Source: Scyliorhinus canicula
Taxonomy: Eukaryota
Direction of reading: 5' to 3'
Assembly (NCBI RefSeq): GCF_902713615.1
Contig: NW_024055458.1
Location: 62,001 to 126,000, forward strand
Length of the DNA: 64,000 nt
The first letter of the stretch is position 1. Each line of letters begins with the position of its first letter. Under the pieces are notes generated by a model that searched no databases, was not told the DNA's origin, and saw only the letters and a program-made list of their open reading frames with translations. The translations under genes and the position numbers were made by a program. Below, one piece after another: positions 59,158 through 64,000 of this stretch.

Positions 59158-59475
59158 CAGTTCCTAGTTTTGGCGTCCCCTTTTGTTCAGTGGGTTGGAC
59201 AGCTGGTTCCCGATGCAGAGCAAAGTGAGCAGTTCCCGTTTCAGCTGTGGTTACTTATGAAAGCCCCGCCCTCTCAATTTAACTTCAAGCAAAACATAAC
59301 TTATCTCCAGTTCAGCAAAGTTCAATATCTGATCCTTTGATAAGTTGAGACATCAGTACTAAACAAACGGCTTCTTCCAATAAGTTACATGGCCTTTCAG
59401 CGGAACCGTTAGAAGCTGCAACAGTACACTGAGGTTCAACATTGCACAGGGCCACTGATTATGACGGTCCCAGCA

Positions 59476-59548
59476 GTTTCTGTAGTGTAGTGGTTATCAC
59501 ATTCGCCTAACACGCGACAGGTCCCCGGTTCGAAACCAGGCAGAAACA
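59476..59548 (+). tRNA. tRNA-Val(AAC)
   Basis: Val body with minor mismatches. Confidence 0.8.
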
Positions 59549-60946
59549 TCGCGTGCATCTCATTTTGTGTGACGAATGTTTGCACAAAATATCTTTCTTC
59601 CTCAATCTCGCACGTTCGAGGAACATGAGATTTGGTCTCTCATGAGATATTAAAATTCCTGCAACAAAGTAAGAAATACGGAATATTCAAGACGCCAGGG
59701 GAAGAAAAGCCTTCCCTATTTTGCGACGATTCGGATATTAGCAGTTTGTTCATCCACCACAGAATCTTTTGGGTTTGCAGATGCAGATGAACATATTTAA
59801 TCGCCATTTCAAACATGTCTAAATGTACGATAAAAGCAACTTACTGCGTATGCGTCAATGGGAAAGAAAAACAGAAAACACAGGACAGTCTCATCAGGTC
59901 TGACAGCCTCTGTAGAGAGAGATGGTAAGTGTCGTTTCGAGCCTGGGTGACTCTTTGTCGAAGAGTAGACGGCGGGATTCATTCACATTGGGTTTGCTTT
60001 GAGAAGCTGAGCTCAAACTGCATGGAACCAATACGTTCCCGAGAAGCTTGTCTATGGGTGGGCATTTTAATGACTAATTCTGGTGGACTCAGACAGCTCT
60101 TTGTCCCTTTCATTTTATCAGTTCAACAACTTCAGACTGTGAACTCTCACTTCCCCCTTCACCACATGTTTTTTCCATCAACTTATCATCCCTTCCATTG
60201 ATATGTTTTACCCTCAGCATTGCCCACCTCCCCCCAGCCCAGACCATCCTACTTCAGCAATCTGATCCCTGTTTGTAATTGTTCTCTGACACACTGCTTA
60301 CCTTTGTTCTGCCATTGACACATTCTGACCGCTTGATGCGCCATCAGCACCTTTCATAGCCTTGATTAGCCTCATTTACATTCCCTTTTTGTTTCTGCCC
60401 GAGACATTTTCGTCATTTCCCACCTATTGCTAGCCCTCTATCGAGGCCCAATACAGCACTCCACCACCCCCACCCCCCACCCACAATCGTCTGAATCTCC
60501 AATTCCAGTTCTCCAGCTTTGACAAAGAGTCCACTTGACTGGAAACGACAGCTGCCATTTCGCTGCCCAGAGGCTGTCAGACCTGCTGAGATTATCCAGT
60601 ATTTTCTGTTTCTGTTTCCGTTTGAAGCATCCGCAGTAAGTTGCATTTGTCACACATTTAGACATGTTTGAGATGGTGATTAAATATGTTCATTTGTAAA
60701 TCGCTGAAACTCTGTTGTGGATGAAGTAGCTGCTAATATCCGAGGTGTGCCAAGATATGAAAATTCTTCACCTCTCATTGCCTGCCGAAAATTCAGTGCT
60801 TGGGCCTTAATGTTCAATTCAATGTAGTGGCTCATGTGAGACTAAATTTCATAGTCCTGGAACACACGAGATTCCGGCAACATTCAGGAAATAGAATTAT
60901 TTTGTGCCCAATAATTGTGCAAACTTTTCTCACACGAAATGCTAAA

Positions 60947-61019
60947 TGTTTCTGCCCGGCTTCGAACCGGGGACTTTTCGCGTGTGAGGCGAATGTGATA
61001 ACCACTACACTACAGAAAC
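60947..61019 (-). tRNA. tRNA-Val(CAC)
   Basis: Intact cloverleaf. Confidence 0.88.
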
Positions 61020-61225
61020 CGCTGGCAATCAATGGACGTGCGGAATGTACAACCTCACGGTGTTGCTGCAGATTCTGATGGTCTGTTTGAGAGGCCAGGT
61101 ACCTTGTTGCAAGCGACAGCTGTGTCTGAAATTAACAGATGTCTCAACATATAAAGCCGTGAGATGTAGAAATTATATCGAAATTAACATAAATTATATT
61201 TTGCTGAATATCGGTCTTAAATTTG

Positions 61226-61315
61226 TGCTCTTTGGTCTCGAGGTCTGGTTCTCGTTTAAGGATTTTCAATCAATGCCTATGGGAGTGGTCGTGGGTTTAA
61301 ATGCAGGACAGGCTC
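61226..61315 (+). pseudogene. Degenerate intron-bearing tRNA-Pro relic, copy 2
   Basis: Like 44920-45009. Confidence 0.7.
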
Positions 61316-62263
61316 TTTACTCCAGGTCAGAGATTACGAATTGTTTGCGATGCTGACGGCGGGGTTGATTTACATTGGCCCACTCTGAAAAAGATTTCTC
61401 AGGACTCGGAATGTTTACGTCGTTTCTCTCCCCACAGATGATGCTCGAGAGAGAGAGAGAGAGAGAGAGACAGTGTCTGAGCTGGAGTGCGTTTGGATAA
61501 AATTGATGCTTCAGATCTGTGTTAACCACAGGGACGTGACCCATCTAATCCACAGAGCCAAAGTGGAGAATTGAACTGACTGGGGAGCTGGATCTTAACG
61601 CTGACCTCCCGGACCTCGGCGTCGTGAAATGTTCCAAAGAAGCTCAACAGCCACTCGAGGAACAGCAGCGCATCTTTCCAGTGGGCTCAATACAGCTTTC
61701 ACACTCAGTGTGTGTTCAGTAGTTTCACACTGTAAATGCTGCACCCATTTTGTGTGTCCTTCCATCGCAGATTTGGGATTCAATCTTGTTTCCACTTGTT
61801 CTTTGTGTCCGGGCGGTAGTTGTGGATCAATATGCCATCGATAGCTCCTCCAGACATATATTTTGTTTCTTTGTTTCTTCCATTGCGCTAACAGAGAGCT
61901 GGTACAGACACGGCGGCCGGAATGGCCTCATACTGTGGTGTCATTATTCTCTGATTCGATGCTAACCTAACTCTGTGGCCAGGGTCCCAAGGCCTCTTCT
62001 CATTTAATCTCTCCTGACTTGCCCCCCATTAGAGCCCTTTCCTGTTGTTCTGTTTCCTCCCTCCGGTAATTCACTTGGTTAAGACGTACCACATTTCTAA
62101 CCTGTCCCGGTTTTAATGAAAGGTGATGGTGAAAGACGAACTTTGTTGTCCTGTCGACAAATGCCGCCTGACTCCCTGAGATGTTGCAGTACTTTTGGCG
62201 TTCTCCGCAGATGTTAGATTGATTTTCGATGGCAATGACAGTATGCTTTGTCTCTTTTTGCGG

Positions 62264-62353
62264 GGCTCGTTGGTCTAGGGGTATGATTCTCGCTTTGGGT
62301 GTGTCGCTGTCGGAATTTGCGAGAGGTCCCGGGTTCAAATCCCGGATGAGCCC
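62264..62353 (+). tRNA. tRNA-Pro(TGG) with 18-nt intron (62300-62317), apparently intact
   Basis: All stems pair; intron TGTGTCGCTGTCGGAATT between positions 37 and 38; TTTT at 62364-62367. Confidence 0.9.
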
Positions 62354-63403
62354 TTCGATGAGGTTTTCCCGTTGGTCAAACCGCATGTTTTCTTCATTTC
62401 TTTGCAGCGTAGACGGCGGGATTCATTCACATTGGGTTTGCTTTGAGATGCTGAGCTCAAGCTGCATGGAACCAATGCGTTCCCGAGAAGTTTGTCTATG
62501 GGTGGGCATTCACATTTCTATTGACTAATTCTGGTGGACTCAGACAGCTCTTTGTCCCTTTCATTTTATCAGTTCAACAACTTCAGACTGTGAACTCTCA
62601 CTTCCCCCTTCACCACATGTTTTTTCCATCAACTTATCATCCCTTCCATTGATATGTTTTACCCTCAGCATTGCCCACCTCCCACCAGCCCATACCATCC
62701 TACTTGATCAATCTGATCCGTGTTTGTAATTGTTCTCTGACGCACTGCTTACCTTTGTTCTGCCATTAACACATTCTGACCGCTTGATGCAACATCAGCA
62801 CCTTTCATAGCCTTGTTTAGCCTCATTTACATTCCCTTTTTCTTTCTCCCCGAGACACTTTCGTCATTTCCCACCTATTGCTAGCCCTCTATCGAGGCCC
62901 AATACAGCACTCCACCACCCCCACCCCCCACCCACAATCGTCTGAATCTCCAATTCCAGTTCTCCAGCTTTGACAAAGAGTCCACTTGACTGGAAACGAC
63001 AGCTGCCATTTCGCTGCCCAGAGGCTGTCAGACCTGCTGAGATTATCCAGTATTTTCTGTTTTTGTTTCGTTTGAAGCATCCGCAGTAAGATGCATTTGT
63101 CATACATTTAGACATGATTGAGATGGTGATTAAATGTGTTCATTTGTAAATCGCTGAAACTCTGTTGTGGATGAACTAGCTGCTAATATCCGAGCTGCGC
63201 CAAGATATGAAAATTCTTCACCTCGCTCTGCCTGCCGAAAATTCAGTGCTTGGGCCTTAATGTTCAATTCAGTGTAGTGGCTCATGTGAGATGAAATTTC
63301 ATAGTCCTGGAACACACGAGATTCCGGCAACATTCTGGAAACAGAATTATTTTGTGCCCAATAATTGTGCAAACTTTTCTCACACGAAATGCTAAATGTT
63401 CGA

Positions 63404-63476
63404 TGTTTCTGCCCGGTTTCGAACCGGGGACCTTTCGCGTGTGAGGCGAATGTGATAACCACTACACTACAGAAAC
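63404..63476 (-). tRNA. tRNA-Val(CAC)
   Basis: Intact cloverleaf. Confidence 0.92.
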
Positions 63477-63682
63477 CGCTGGCAAGCAAAGGACGTGCGG
63501 AATGTACAACCTCACTGTGTTGCTGCAGATTCTAATGGTCTGTTTGAGAGGCCAGGTCCCTTGTTGCAAGCGACAGTTGTTTCTTAAATTAACAGATGTC
63601 TCCACATATAAAGCCGTGAGATGTAGAAATTATATCGAAATTAACATTAGATATATTTTGCTGAATGTCGGTCTCAAATTTG

Positions 63683-63772
63683 CGCTCTTTGGTCTCGAGG
63701 TCTGGTTCTCGTTTAAGGATTTTCAAGCAATGCCTATGGGAGTGGTCGTGGGTTTAAATCCAGGACAGTCTC
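63683..63772 (+). pseudogene. Degenerate intron-bearing tRNA-Pro relic, copy 3
   Basis: Like 44920-45009. Confidence 0.7.
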
Positions 63773-64000
63773 TTTACTCCAGGTCAGGGATTACGAATTG
63801 TTTGCGACGCTGACGGCAGGGTTGATTTACATTGGCCCACTCTGAAAAAGATTTCTCAGGACTCGGAATGTTTACGTCGTTTCTCTCCCCACAGATGATG
63901 CTCGAGAGAGAGACAGTGCCTGAGCTGGAGTGCGTTTGGATAAAATTGATGCTCCAGATCTGTGTTAACCGCAGGGACGTGACCCATCTAATCCACAGAG

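Larger units (their letters stand above)
52015..64000. repeat. tRNA array 2 (A units to ~59.96 kb, then inverted B units; runs off the window)
   Basis: Val-AAC at 52302, 54631, 56951, 59476; Val-CAC at 61019 and 63476. Confidence 0.92.

Noticed and set aside
29805-63813. Recurring short ORFs (MSKC.., MRILQYAQQ.., MYNLTVLL.., MRFDQREN..) as a multicopy gene family
   Set aside because: Shadow ORFs of the repeated spacers, PLE remnants and antisense tRNAs; start, stop and frame vary between copies.
25685-64000. CRISPR-like or prokaryotic system
   Set aside because: Eukaryotic DNA; the repeats are kb-scale tRNA units with homologous, not unique, spacers, and there are no cas genes.

Overview
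Vertebrate genomic DNA from a shark (elasmobranch, probably a catshark, judged from HE1-type SINEs). It is part of a T-cell receptor alpha/delta-type variable (V) gene cluster that has been invaded by tandem tRNA arrays. From 1 to 25 kb there are 7 apparently intact V genes with leader, Cys23/Trp41/Cys104 and a 22-24 bp-spacer RSS, plus about 7 V pseudogenes or fragments, in both orientations, among SINEs, CR1 fragments and a G-rich minisatellite. From 25.7 to 47.7 kb and from 52.0 to 64.0 kb lie two arrays built from ~2.3 kb units (tRNA-Val AAC + Val TAC + Arg ACG + Penelope-like remnant) and ~2.45 kb units (Val CAC + intron-containing tRNA-Pro). The arrays contain inversions, a 2975 bp tandem duplication, a ~6.5 kb segmental duplication and a TSD-flanked L1. 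Between the arrays (47.7-52 kb) are an orphan V leader, a Rex1 LINE fragment, tRNA-Asn and a V gene cut in half by the second array. Highlights are an intact tRNA-Pro(UGG) with a canonical 18-nt intron plus a second Pro relic with a different 18-nt intron, tRNA arrays breaking V genes, a CTCF-motif + decamer V promoter cassette, repeated head-to-head V pairs, and a V gene with an intronless leader. No J, D or C segments were found. All alignments are by eye, and repeat boundaries are approximate.
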